Below, in pieces: positions 22,542-33,904 of a stretch of 64,000 nucleotides of DNA. How positions within the stretch are numbered: the first letter of the stretch is position 1; each line of letters starts with the position of its first letter. Under the pieces are notes generated by a model that saw only the letters and a list, made by a program, of their open reading frames with translations, searched no databases and was not told the DNA's origin. This DNA comes from Ranitomeya imitator (taxonomy: Eukaryota): the NCBI RefSeq assembly GCF_032444005.1, contig NC_091289.1, positions 9,114,001 through 9,178,000 on the forward strand, written 5' to 3'. A program made the translations under genes and the position numbers.

Positions 22542-23560
22542 TTAGTCTTAGGAGGTATGTAATGGCTCCTGCAGAGCGTGTCACCCAGGGCCTGCGACTT
22601 TCGCCATGTGATGGAAGGGTAAGGTGTTCATTGTTTATGTAAGTCTCTGTCAGTTAGTAAAACGGGCCAATGTTTTCTAAAAATTTGATTTATTTTGGCC
22701 CAGTTTGAATTAAATTTTGTGATAAATCTTGGACCAGTGTCTGCAGTTGTGGTCTTTATACGAGGGGGTTTAGACAGAAAATTAGATCTGCTCTGTTGTG
22801 AAGCACGAAGGTAACCCCTCGTTATTTCTCTGGCTGGATATCCTCTGTTCTTAAATCTACGCTCTAGATTTTTTTGCCTGTCTGTGAAAAGTTGTATCAT
22901 TTGAGCAAATGTGACGAGCTCGCAAGAATTGTCCTATTGGAATGGAATTCTTAAGTTTGGGTGGATGTGAGGATGAATAGTGCAGTAAAGCATTTGTGGC
23001 AGTAGTTTTTCTGTAGATATCTGTGCAAAATGTTCAGTTTGTCTGATTTTTCTCTTTATAGGTATATTTTTTAGTAAAATGTAAATTGCTTATATATTCT
23101 ATAAACTTCTGACAACATCTCTCCGTAGTTCCAAGCAATACATTTTAGATTTTTTTTTAGGCAAAGAAAAATGGTCAAAATTAAAAAAAAAAAAAAACAA
23201 CTCGTTGCTTTCACACCTCAAATAATGCAAAGAAAACAAGTTTATAATCATTTAGAAACAACAATACTAATGTTTTATCTCATGAAGTTCAGAAATCAAT
23301 ATTTGGTGGAATAACCATGATTTTTAATCCCGGCTTTCCTGCGTCTTGGCAGCTTTCCTCCAGTCTGTCACTCTGCTCCTTGGTGACCTGATGCCGCTCC
23401 TGGTACAATAATGTCAGCCGTTCTTCTTTGTTTGATGGCTTGTGACTATCCATCATCCTCTTGATTACATTCCAGATGTTTTCAATGGGGGTCAGGTCTG
23501 GAGAATGGGCGGCCATGACAGGGATGTGATGTGGTGGTCTTTTAATTTTTGCCAGAGCTG

Positions 23561-25720
23561 TATGTAGTATAATGCACAGCCCATAGTCCTCCATGTCGTA
23601 TAATGCACAGCCCATAGTCCTCCATGTAGTATAATGCACAGCCCATAGTCCTCCATATAGTATAATGCACAGACCATAGTCCTCCATGTAGTATAATGCA
23701 CAGCCCATAGTCCTCCATGTAGCATAATGCACAGCCCATAGTCCTCCATGTAGTATAATGCACAGCCCATAGTCCTCCATGTAGTATAATGAACAGCCCA
23801 TAGTCCTCCATGTAGTATAATGAACAGCCCATAGTCCTCCATGTAGTATAATGAACAGCCCATAGTCCTCCATGTAGTATAATGCACAGCCCATAGTCCT
23901 CCATGTAGTATAATGCACAGCCCATAGTCCTCCATGTAGTATAATCCACAGCCCATAGTCCTCCATGTAGTATAATGCACAGCCCATAGTCCTCCATGTA
24001 GTATAATGCACAGCTCATAGTCCTCCATGTAGTATAATGCACAGCCCATAGTCCTCCATGTAGTATAATGCACAGCCCATAGTCCTCCATGTAGTATAAT
24101 GCACAGCCCATAGTCCTCCATGTAGTATAATGCACAGACCATAGTCCTCCATGTAGTATAATGCACAGCCCATAGTCCTCCATGTAGTATAATGCACAGC
24201 CCATAGTCATCCATGTAGTATAATGCACAGCCCATAGTCCTCCATGTAGTATAATGCACAGCCCATAGTCCTCCATGTAGTATAATCCACAGCCCATAGT
24301 CCTCCATGTAGTATAATCCACAGCCCATAGTCATCCATGTAGTATAATGCACAGCCCATAGTCATCCATGTAGTATAATGAACAGCCCATAGTCCTCCAT
24401 ACAGTGTAATGCACAGCCCATAGTCATCCATGTAGTATAATGCACAGCCCATAGTCCTCCATGTAGTATAATGCACAGCCCATAGTCCTCCATGTAGTAT
24501 AATGCACAGACCATAGTCCTCCATGTAGTATAATGCACAGCCCATAGTCATCCATACAGTGTAATGCACAGCCCATAGTCATCCATGTAGTATAATGCAC
24601 AGCCCATAGTCCTCCATGTAGTATAATGCACAGCCCATAGTCCTCCATGTAGTATAATCCACAGCCCATAGTCCTCCATGTAGTATAATCCACAGCCCAT
24701 AGTCATCCATGTAGTATAATGCACAGCCCATAGTCATCCATGTAGTATAATGAACAGCCCATAGTCCTCCATACAGTGTAATGCACAGCCCATAGTCATC
24801 CATGTAGTATAATGCACAGCCCATAGTCCTCCATGTAGTATAATGCACAGCCCACAGTCCTCCATATAGTATAATGCACAGCCCATAGTCCTCCATGTAG
24901 TATAATGCACAGCCCATAGTCATCCATACAGTGTAATGCACAGCCCATAGTCATCCATGTAGTATAATGCACAGCACATAGTCCTCCATGTAGTATAATG
25001 CACAGCCCACAGTCCTCCATATAGTATAATGCACAGCCCATAGTCCTCCATGTAGTATAATGCACAGCCCATAGTCATCCATACAGTGTAATGCACAGCC
25101 CATAGTCATCCATGTAGTATAATGCACAGTTCATAGTCCTCCATGTAGTATAATGCACAGCCCATAGTCCTCCATGTAGTATAATCCACAGCCCATAGTC
25201 CTCCATGTAGTATAATCCACAGCCCATAGTCATCCATGTAGTATAATGCACAGCCCATAGTCATCCATGTAGTATAATGAACAGCCCATAGTCCTCCATA
25301 CAGTGTAATGCACAGCCCATAGTCATCCATGTAGTATAATGCACAGCCCATAGTCCTCCATGTAGTGTAATGCACAGCCCATAGTCATCCATGTAGTATA
25401 ATGCACAGCCCATAGTCCTCCATGTAGTATAATGCACAGCCCATAGTCCTCCATGTAGTATAATGCACAGCCCATAGTCCTCCATGTAGTATAATGCACA
25501 GCCCACAGTCCTCCATATAGTATAATGCACAGCCCATAGTCCTCCATGTAGTATAATGCACAGCCCATAGTCCTCCATGTAGTATAATGCACAGCCCATA
25601 GTCCTCCATGTAGTATAATGCACAGCCCACAGTCCTCCATATAGTATAATGCACAGCCCATAGTCCTCCATGTAGTATAATGCACAGCCCATAGTCCTCC
25701 ATACAGTGTAATGCACCATG
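23561..25720. repeat. 31-bp minisatellite, right arm (CCCATAGTCCTCCATGTAGTATAATGCACAG)
   Basis: About 70 units starting right after the Tc1 right TIR. Confidence 0.97.
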
Positions 25721-25778
25721 ATCAGTGTGATTTTCTCTTGTGCCCACAAACCACTAATATTCCACATTTTCTCTCCAG

Positions 25779-26192
25779 CGCGATCACCAGGAGCAGAGAA
25801 ATATTGACTCTAATAGGAGATCGAGTAACGAGGAGATGAGACAGCAAAGCTTGAAAATCAAAGTGCCTTCTCTCCTGTTCAAGAGGGCGTTCAATGACAT
25901 CCTGGGGACGCCCCGGAGAGCGCGGGACGGCGAGACCAGGAGCTCACATGATAGAAAACCAGTGGAAAAAAGTATTCGCTCTGATCCAGAAGATTCGCCT
26001 CCGCTCCGCTCAACCCCAAAATCCACACTCTCCAAGAAAGAAGCTGTGGGAGACCGGAAACAGAGCAGCGACGACAGAAAGCGAGCGCCCAGCCCGAGAC
26101 ACACGGTCATCAATGTGACTCCCAGTCCTGAAGCCAAAGTCCCGCAGGAAATCCCCCGACTTGTGTTCTTACATGAAGACAGTGATAATGAT
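25779..26192 (+). CDS. TATDN2: TATDN2 exon (RDHQEQ...LLFKRAFNDILG...VFLHEDSDND)
   Basis: ctctccag acceptor and gtgagt donor. 414 nt, open, phase 0/0. Confidence 0.85.
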
Positions 26193-26217
26193 GTGAGTAC
26201 AGCAGTAATTTCTTAAA

Positions 26218-26530
26218 GGGGTTGTGCGGGGTTGGGATCTTGATGGCTTGCACTTAGGAAAGGTCCTTGGTATAATCGGGGTCTGATGTTCGGCACCTCC
26301 ACAGTTCTCTGTGTACGGGCCCAAAGCTCGGTGCACTGTGCAGTGTCACATTCTGGTGCTGCGGCTCCTAGTGAAGTCAATGAGATCCAACCCGTAGTAC
26401 CTTGACCGACCACTACACAGTGTAAGACGCTGTACATTGTGTCCATCCATCCCCCCCTGGAGGAGCACAGAGCTGATAGGTGGGGTGCGGTGTGCCGGAC
26501 CCCCACCAGATTATTCAGATTGTGGAAACG
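26218..26530. mobile_element. Decayed TTAA-type (T2/Kolobok-like) MITE
   Basis: ttaa|aggggttgtgc start. Subterminal inverted motifs gggggtctgatgttcggcacctcc and ggggtgcggtgtgccggacccccacc. Confidence 0.55.
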
Positions 26531-26696
26531 CTGATCCCGTCAATTAACCCTCTCACTGCCGCTATCTCAGCTAATGGAGGCTTTGTGCAGGGAGCCATGA
26601 TCACAGGCCGTAATGCTCGCTCATGGTTTTATCGGAGGGGGAGACACATTTCCATTTCTTGAGATAACAGGCCGTAATCATTACCTATTTTTGCAG

Positions 26697-27467
26697 GTAG
26701 CAGAAAAGGATCCTTCTATCGGAAGTGACTTCTCTGACGTAGAAGATGTGGGGCCACTGGCCAGATTTTCTCAGGATGACGATTTCCCGCCTTGCTGTTC
26801 TATAAATGATGACACTCTCCAGTTTGAAAGTCTCTGGGAGCGTTACACTGAGCCGATCACCCCCGTCTACAGACCCCCCGCAGAACGTGGCACCTGGCGC
26901 CAGAAAGAGCAAGACAGCAGCTACGCGTCCGAACCTTCCCTGCTGGACAGCAGTCGCCTCAGCATGTCCAGCGACAACGTCAGCCCCATAGTAAGGAGCC
27001 ACAAGCGATACGAGTCTTCTGACGACGCCTGGACCCCTGGTCGCACCACCAAGTCCGGCAGACGCACTCTGGAAATTCCTTCTACGAGTTCGGACTCCAA
27101 GTTCCTGCCTGGAGGCTTCATAGACACCCACTGCCACCTGGACATGCTCTACTCCAGACTGGCGCACAGGTCGTCCTTCGCGGACCTCCGGGAACAGTTC
27201 ACCTCCACCTTCCCCCGGGAGTTTCAGGGCTGCATCACCGACTACTGCGATCCTCGCACGCTGCACAGGCTTCCATGGGATCAGGTGCTGAACGAGGACT
27301 TGGTGTGGGGGGCTTTTGGCTGTCACCCCCACTTCGCTCAGTATTACGATAAGTACCTGCATGAAGAGATGATGATGGCTCTGCGGCACCCGAAAGCTAT
27401 CGCCTTCGGAGAAATGGGTCTGGACTATTCCCATAAATGTTCCACGGAGATCGCAGACCAGATCATG
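26697..27467 (+). CDS. TATDN2: TATDN2 large exon; start of the TatD domain (FIDTHCHLD, FGCHPH, GEMGLDY)
   Basis: ttgcag acceptor and gtgagg donor. 771 nt. Conserved KDPSIGSDFSDVED and TatD metal-binding motifs. Confidence 0.96.
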
Positions 27468-27938
27468 GTGAGGAATTACTTTCTGTAGACTCTTTTTTTT
27501 TTTTTTAATTATTATTCTGCTGTAACCTGTGTAGCCCCCCACCCAACCCCCATCCCGCTTCTTCCTGATCTGTGCTTGCTGTCATTTCGTAGTTACACAG
27601 AGGCACATGGCTCCAATAATTGGACTGTAAGGGGCGCCGGCGTCCATCACATGATCGGGATAGATCCTGTATATAGTGGGATCAGACTACGGCATTTGTA
27701 GCCTGTTACCATGGAAACAGGTCTTTGTGATCTGCCCCGATCAGTGATATGAGGCCCCCATGTATTATACAATATTTAAGGTTTCTAGTAAATACCAGTA
27801 AGCAGAATTCTTAAAAATCATGAAAAATTTGGTGGTGTGTTTGCTACGGGTTACAGCACGTCTGCGGGGGATTTAGTTCTTGTTGCACTTTATTATCAGG
27901 TTTACTAACAACATTCCTCTGTTTTTCCACCCGAGCAG

Positions 27939-28066
27939 GTTTTCGAGAAGCAGCTGAAGCTGGTTGTGCAGTTGGGGAAACCTCTGGTCATTCACTGTCG
28001 GGGTGCGGACAAGGACTTGTTCAAAATATTGAAAAAATTGATTCCTCGAGACTACAAGATACACCG
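27939..28066 (+). CDS. TATDN2: TATDN2 exon (VFEKQLKL...[11 protein letters not shown]...DYKIH-R)
   Basis: cag acceptor and cg|gtgagt donor. TatD PLVIHCR motif. Confidence 0.96.
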
Positions 28067-28163
28067 GTGAGTTACGTTCCCTGTCCGATCTCCATGTGTC
28101 CGATCTCCATGTTCACGCGCTTGGTCTGGACCCTCGGTAACATCTCCTCCTCCTTCTCCGCAG

Positions 28164-28347
28164 ACACTGCTTCACCGGCAGCTACCAAGACATTGAGCCA
28201 TTTCTGGAGGAGTTCCCGAACATGATGGTGGGCTTCACCGCCGTCCTGACGTATCCTTCTGCTGTGGCACCGCGAGACGCCGTTACAAAAATCCCCTTGG
28301 ACCGGCTGATTGTGGAGACGGACGCCCCGTATTTCGTTCCTAAACAG
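28164..28347 (+). CDS. TATDN2: TATDN2 exon (HCFTGS...[18 protein letters not shown])
   Basis: ctccgcag acceptor and gtaatg donor. TatD HCF and ETDAPY motifs. Confidence 0.97.
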
Positions 28348-28520
28348 GTAATGGGAAACATCTGTTTGCAGTGAACACTACTACCCCCACTATGCACAGT
28401 AGCAGAGCATCCTCCGTGCTGACACTGAACCAGCAGGCGGCGTCCATCAGTGTTACATCATATCCCAGCGATCTGTGTATCTGTCGCTAATGATACTTTT
28501 TTCTATTTCCTTTTCTTTAG

Positions 28521-28661
28521 GTACCTAAACACGTCTGTAAATTTTCGCACCCCGGTCTCGCCATACACACCGTTCACGAAATCGCCAGGCTACAAAACTT
28601 ACCCATCAAAAGCGTCATGGCAAAATTACGGGAGAACACATACCGGATCTATAGTGTATAG
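28521..28661 (+). CDS. TATDN2: TATDN2 last coding exon (VPKHVCKFSHPGLAIHTVHEIARL...ENTYRIYSV*)
   Basis: ttttctttag acceptor. Stop TAG at 28659-28661. AATAAA at 28688-28693. Confidence 0.95.
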   Translation, partial: VPKHVCKFSHPGLAIHTVHEIARLQNLPIKSVMAKLRENTYRIYSV

Positions 28662-28959
28662 TACCGCTCTCTGTGATGTCTTGTTTTAATAAAACTTGAA
28701 ATTAGAGAAGATTTCTGTCCAGTGTCTTTTTTTTCCCCCTGTTAAAGTCTGATAAAAAACTAAAAATGAAAAATCTTTTTTTTTTTTTCTTTTAAGATTT
28801 CTTTGCTATGTAATGGTATTAAAGACGCTATCACTTTTCTGGGGTAAAGTGGGCCCCCACTAATAAAATCACCAGATATCAGTGATGCGCTCCGTTCAGG
28901 TGGATGACGAAAAACAACTAGTGAAGTGCTGGGTATACAGGAGCCGAGACAGACTGACA

Positions 28960-29432
28960 GCCTGCGCCTAGGGCGACACGTGGTGTAAAACATCGCATAG
29001 AAGACTGATAGCTGCAGCTGCATCCCCCTCCTCCCAAAGTAGAGGCGATGAGGGGGATGTAGCTGCATCTTCTTTCTATAATCAGGTATGCAGGGAGAGG
29101 AGCGGGATGCAACTGCAGCTTCTCCCCTCCCAACATACCTGATCATAGAAAGAAGCTGCATCCTCCTCTCTGCATACTCGATCATAGAAAGATGCAGCTA
29201 CGTTCCTCTCCTCTCCTTCCTGCAAACCTGGTCATAGAAAGGAGGGGGTTAGAGCTGCAGCTTCTTTCTATGATCAGTTATGCTGGGAAGAGAGGAGGGG
29301 GATGCAGCTTCTTACTGTGATCTGGTACGCTGGGACAGGAGGGAGATGCAGATGCAGGTCCTTTTTATGATCAGGTATGCTGGGAGGGAGATGTAGCTGC
29401 AGGTCCTTTTTATGATTAGGTATGCTGGGAGG
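28960..29432. repeat. Degenerate tandem repeat (GGTATGCTGGGAGG...GCTGCAG...), continued at 32486-32660
   Basis: The same units lie on both sides of the hAT insertion. Confidence 0.75.
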
Positions 29433-29879
29433 CAGGGCCGTATTTGCCACTAGGCACTTGAGGGCACGTGCCTAGGGCGGCGGGATGCGGGGGGGCGCCC
29501 TTGAGCTAGGTTTTTTCCTTTTTTTTTTTTTTTTTATTTTATAAAACTCCGGGGTCAAGTTTCCGCCCCCCCTCCTCCCTCCCCCCTTCCCGCCCCCCCC
29601 TCCTCCCTCCTTCCCGCCCCCTTCCCTCCCTCCCTGAAGACGTAATACTCACCTTCCTCCAGCGGTGGCTGCAACTGCGTCTCAGCGCCGTCCTGTCTTC
29701 AGCGGTCACATGGTACCGATCATTAAGGGTGATGAATATGCGCATATTCATCACCCTTAATTAGCGCTACCATGTGACCGCTGAAGACAGGAAGGAAGAC
29801 GCTGAGATGCCAGGAAGTTCTGTGCTGCGCGCCGGTGAGAGGTAAGTATGACAGGGAAAAAAGTGGGGTGCCGTGCACA

Positions 29880-30340
29880 CAGGGGAGGAGGATGGGGAGC
29901 CGTGCATACAGGGGAGAAGGATGGGGAGCCGTGCATACAGGGGAGAAGGATGGGGAGTCGTGCACACAGGGGAGAAGGATGGGGAGCCGTGCATACAGGG
30001 GAGAAGGATGGGGAGCCGTGCATACAGGGGAGAAGGATGGGGAGCCATGAACGCAGGGGAGAAGGATGGGGAGCCATGAACGCAGAGTGGGAGGATGGGG
30101 GAGCCATGAACGCAGAGTGGGAGGATGGGGGAGCCATGAACGCAGAGTGGGAGGATGGGGGAGCCATGAACGCAGGGGAGAAGGATGGGGGAGCCATGAA
30201 CGCAGGGGAGAAGGATGGGGAGCCATGAACGCAGAGTGGGAGGATGGGGGAGCCATGCTTGCAGGGGAGAAGGATGGGGGAGCCATGAACGCAGGGTGGG
30301 AGGATGGGGGAGGCATGAACGCAGTGTGGGAGGATGGAGT
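29880..30340. repeat. G-rich minisatellite of about 32-33 bp inside the hAT element
   Basis: Repeated ggggagaaggatggggagcc(gtgcatac/atgaacgc)a. Confidence 0.9.
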
Positions 30341-30752
30341 ATAAATATGGAGTATAAATACTGGGCCCTATAAGGGGGACACAGTGTGAGAGGACAGTGT
30401 GAAGAGGGGACTGGTATAGAAAGGAGAGGACAGTGTGAAGAGCATGTACCATAAGAGGGACAGTGTGGGGGTCATACTTTGTGCAGACAATATAGTGAGG
30501 GGCAATTTTTTATTTGGGAGCATTATAATGACACTTGTATCTTTAAGGGTGTCATGTGGAGACTTTCTGCAAAAGAGCGGCGAAGATGGAAGTCTGCAGA
30601 GACGGCTGTGGATGAGAAAACTCATCATGGGATCTGGACAAGATGAAGAAAAGGAGAACGGCTCCAGAGGCGACGTCATCTATCAGGTACCTGGATGTAA
30701 ATGTTATTTGTGATGCTAACTCTCATGTTTTTATATATGTTAGGAGATTTAA

Positions 30753-31088
30753 AGGGACACTGTCACCTGAATTTGGAGGGAACAATTTTCAGCCATAGGG
30801 GTGGGGTTTTCGGGTGTTTGATTCACCCTTTCCATACCCGCTGGCTGCATGCTGGCTGCAATATTGGATTGAAGCTCATTCTCTGTCCTCCGTAGTACAT
30901 ACTGTACCTGCACAATCTGCAATCTTGCCTTGCGCAGGCGTGTACTATGGAGGACAGAGAATGAGCTTCAATCCAATATTGCAGCCAGCATGCAGCCAAT
31001 GGGTAAGGAAAGGGTGAATCAAACACCCGAAAGCCCCGCCCCTATGGCTGAAAATTGTTCCCTCCAAATTCAGGTGACAGAGTCCCTT
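30753..31088. mobile_element. TTAA-flanked fold-back MITE (T2-like), same family as 35483-35799
   Basis: ttaa|agggacactgtcacctgaatttgg ... ccaaattcaggtgacagagtccct. Near-perfect palindrome. Confidence 0.9.
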
Positions 31089-31472
31089 TTAAAGGGGATG
31101 TCCAGGCTTGTGATGAGTCTGCAGTCATTCTTTGTGACTGCAGACTTCTGAATTCTCACAGTGCACACTGCACGCTGTCAGGATTCTCTCATGCTGGGGA
31201 TTTACATTAATGCGATCACGTGCTGACTAGACATGCGTGACCTCCGTCAATGAAAATGAACTGAGCGAGGCCGGGCACATCTAGTCAGAATGTGGTCAGA
31301 AGTCTACAAATCACATACTTGTGCTGACATGACTGTCCACCGGCAAGGGAGAATCCTAAAAGTGCAGTGCATGCGTTGTGAGAATTCAGAAGCTGCGATG
31401 TCAGGATTCAGCTCTGCAAGTTCCAGTAGTCGTCACATGGACACGTCACTCATATGCGATTTTTCAGACTTA

Positions 31473-31687
31473 GGGTGTGTGTCCACGTTCAGGATTGCAT
31501 CAGGATTTGGTCAGTATTTTACATCAGTATTTGTAGCCAAAACCAGGAGTGGGTGATAAATACAGAAGTGGAGCATATGGTTCTATTATAGTTTTCCTCT
31601 AATTGTTCCACTCCTGGTTTTGGCTACAAATACTGATGAAAAATCCTGACCAAATCCTGATGCAATCCTGAACGTGGACACATACTC
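31473..31687. mobile_element. Harbinger-like MITE of 215 bp
   Basis: TIRs gggtgtgtgtccacgttcaggattgcatcagg / cctgatgcaatcctgaacgtggacacatactc with a TTA duplication. Confidence 0.9.
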
Positions 31688-33050
31688 TTATGGTCCTGTG
31701 ACATCGAGCTTCTCTTCTGCTTCTCTTAGTTTTTCACTGAACATTGAGAGCATTAGGGAGAGGAGCTCGTGGGCACATGACTGAGTGTGCAAATCACATA
31801 TGTCCTTGGCGGAGGGGGGGCACCAAAATGAATTCTTTCCCCGGGTGCCAGAAACCCTAGATACACCTCTGCCGGTATGCTACTGCGAGCGGTGATTACC
31901 GGGTGCGGTGGAGGGAGGTCTGTGCACAGGCAGTGAGGCAGGGACTGAGGGTGTGCACAGAGAGGATGGAGACCCGGAGACTGCCCGTCCCAGTCTACGC
32001 CGTAGCCTAGAGCCCTCATTATCATAGGAATATGGCAGTTAATAAATTGCTTTTCTGAAGCTTTATAGTGTAGTTTTAGGTCAGGGAGGGTTGGATAGGG
32101 ATGAGCTAGCAAGGTGCAGGGACAGGTAATGATGGCTACTTGCGAACATGTGCGGCAATTGCGGTTTTGCACTTACGATGATACATAAAACACTGCTAGT
32201 AGTGTTTTTTCTCATTGCTGCAAGTACCGCATTTGCCGGATGGCGGCAAAACCGCAAGAGCCGCACATGTCTGTAAGTCCCATAGGGAATGAATGAGGCC
32301 GAATGCAGTGTTGCCCTAAGTGATCCATTACGCGGCAGATGCGGAAAAACTGTCGGATCTGCTGCAAAAGGCGACTTTCACATCAGCGATTTTTGCCAAA
32401 GTCACTGCCGATAGTGTCATACTCACCAAAGGGGGAGGCAGCACTAAAAGTGCCTAGGGCAGCAGAAACTCTAAATACGGCCCTGCTGGGAGGGGAGAGG
32501 AGGGAGATGTAGCTGCAGGTCCTTTTTATGATTAGGTATGCTGGGAGGGGAGAGGAGGGAGATGTAGCTGCAGGTCCTTTTTATGATTAGGTATGCTGGG
32601 AGGGGAGAGGAGGGAGATGTAGCTGCAGGTCCTTGCTATGATCAGGTTTGCTGGGAGGTTAGCAGAGGGGGATGGTGCTGCAGCTTCCCCTGATTCTGCA
32701 CTCTCGGATCTGGAGGAGGGAGTTATTGGACTGGCGTATAACACTCAGCTCTGACATCGCACTAGGAAGGATTTGTCCATTCAGCCAACATAGAGAAAAT
32801 ATCCAACAACCTGTGATCTGCAGATGCCACACACGATTTTTGGCGGCTCCAGCTCCTGTTTTTTTGCCAGAGCTGTGAATTGTGTCCTGATAAATGGCTG
32901 GGTCGTGACAGTCAGAAATAACCACAAGACGGATAAACTGCTTGTAAACATCTATTTTATTTAATGGAAAGGTTCGTGCAATGATTGACAGGATGGGGTC
33001 CTGCGGCGGTGGGCACGGGGTCCTGCGGTGGTGGGCATGGGGTGTGGTGG

Positions 33051-33070
33051 CTAGTCCTCCTCCTGGGGAT
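33051..33070 (-). CDS. GHRL: Preproghrelin last coding exon (D-PQEED*)
   Basis: Strong acceptor tttcttctatttgtctcaccag. The phase-1 join gives Asp. Stop TAG. AATAAA on the minus strand at 32956-32961. Confidence 0.8.
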
Positions 33071-33904
33071 CTGGTGAGACAAATAGAAGAAACTCTTAGG
33101 AATCACCGTACATGCGGGTGCGGGATAAGTTTATATATATATATATATATATTGTTACGCGACACATTATAGCTGATAACGCTCGGCTTTAGTGTTAGTT
33201 TTTTCATTATCAGACTTTTTATTAAAGGGAACTCTTCTCTTCCTCCGTCATGGCGTGCTACTGGCATCTATTATATCCAAATCATTGGGGTCTGTCCTGC
33301 ACCAGCAATATATAGGGGGAGAAGTCTGGTATAACGGTGCCTGCAGCATCTTACAGGAGGCCAACGATTATACTTGAGACTCCTAAAGGGGCATTCCAGT
33401 GTTTGGATGAGAAACCCATTGTAGTATATGTGTAATTGCCTTTTTGGTCGCACATTTGCCCCCTATATATTTTGCCTTTTGAATTCGGTCGCAGTCTACA
33501 ATTTCCATGATGCACTACTGACATTAATTCTAAGCTGAGCTCCTCCTACTGCAGTCTCCGCCCTCTTGTGCATTTCATATTGTGCTCCTCCACTACGGAG
33601 CCGCTCACAATAGTTCCCCTCCTATAAACGCCTAATGTCTGAGCGGCAAATTGATGCTGAACTGCAGGTGGTCACTCGGCTGAGCGGTGAGGTTTATAAC
33701 GTTGCATCACATGGTTTCAATAAGGGTCACATTTTATAAACTGGAACATCCCTTTAACCGCGGGATCAGAATGGACGATTGCTCATAGTTTAGTGATCAG
33801 AGATATAAACCCCATGTGCCGCTCTGCTGCTGGAGGGAGAGCCGCTGTTTGCAGCAGTCCTTCACTTTGTCTAGTGGTTTTGGCAGCTCCAGATGAGGGG
33901 CCCC

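Larger units (their letters stand above)
19460..23023 (-). mobile_element. 5'-truncated Penelope-like retroelement (RT C-terminal region plus GIY-YIG endonuclease), frameshifted
   Basis: Minus frames give YRKTTATNALLHYSSSHPPKLKNSIPIGQFLRARHICS, RRFKNRGYP, GCFPRGNCSAC, ITCDTEAIIYHISCPCGLI/MTTRAFKIRIQEH and PHGLNE...FKSFL*. Flanked by a 104-bp direct repeat. Confidence 0.9.
19329..23560 (-). mobile_element. Internally deleted Tc1-like element, interrupted by a Penelope-like insertion
   Basis: TIRs TA|cagatctggcaaaaattaagagaccac and gtggtcttttaatttttgccagagctg|TA. Minus-strand transposase tail HSPDLTPIENIWNVIKR at about 23289-23520. Confidence 0.9.
29433..32485. mobile_element. Non-autonomous hAT-type element of 3053 bp with nested passengers
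   Basis: 13-bp TIR CAGGGCCGTATTT / AAATACGGCCCTG. Perfect 8-bp TSD CTGGGAGG at 29425-29432 and 32486-32493. No transposase ORF. Confidence 0.93.

Noticed and set aside
17775-25767. Many minus-strand ORFs with MEDYG/HYTTW repeats
   Set aside because: Translations of the 31-bp minisatellite. Only the HSPDLTPIENIW tail is real, and it is Tc1 debris.
26685-27542. 285-aa minus-strand ORF
   Set aside because: Antisense shadow of the large TATDN2 exon, with no independent protein features.
32780-32880. tttttgccagagctgt end resembling the Tc1 TIR at 23560
   Set aside because: Only about 16 bp match and there is no partner TIR. Probably debris, but not supportable as a feature.
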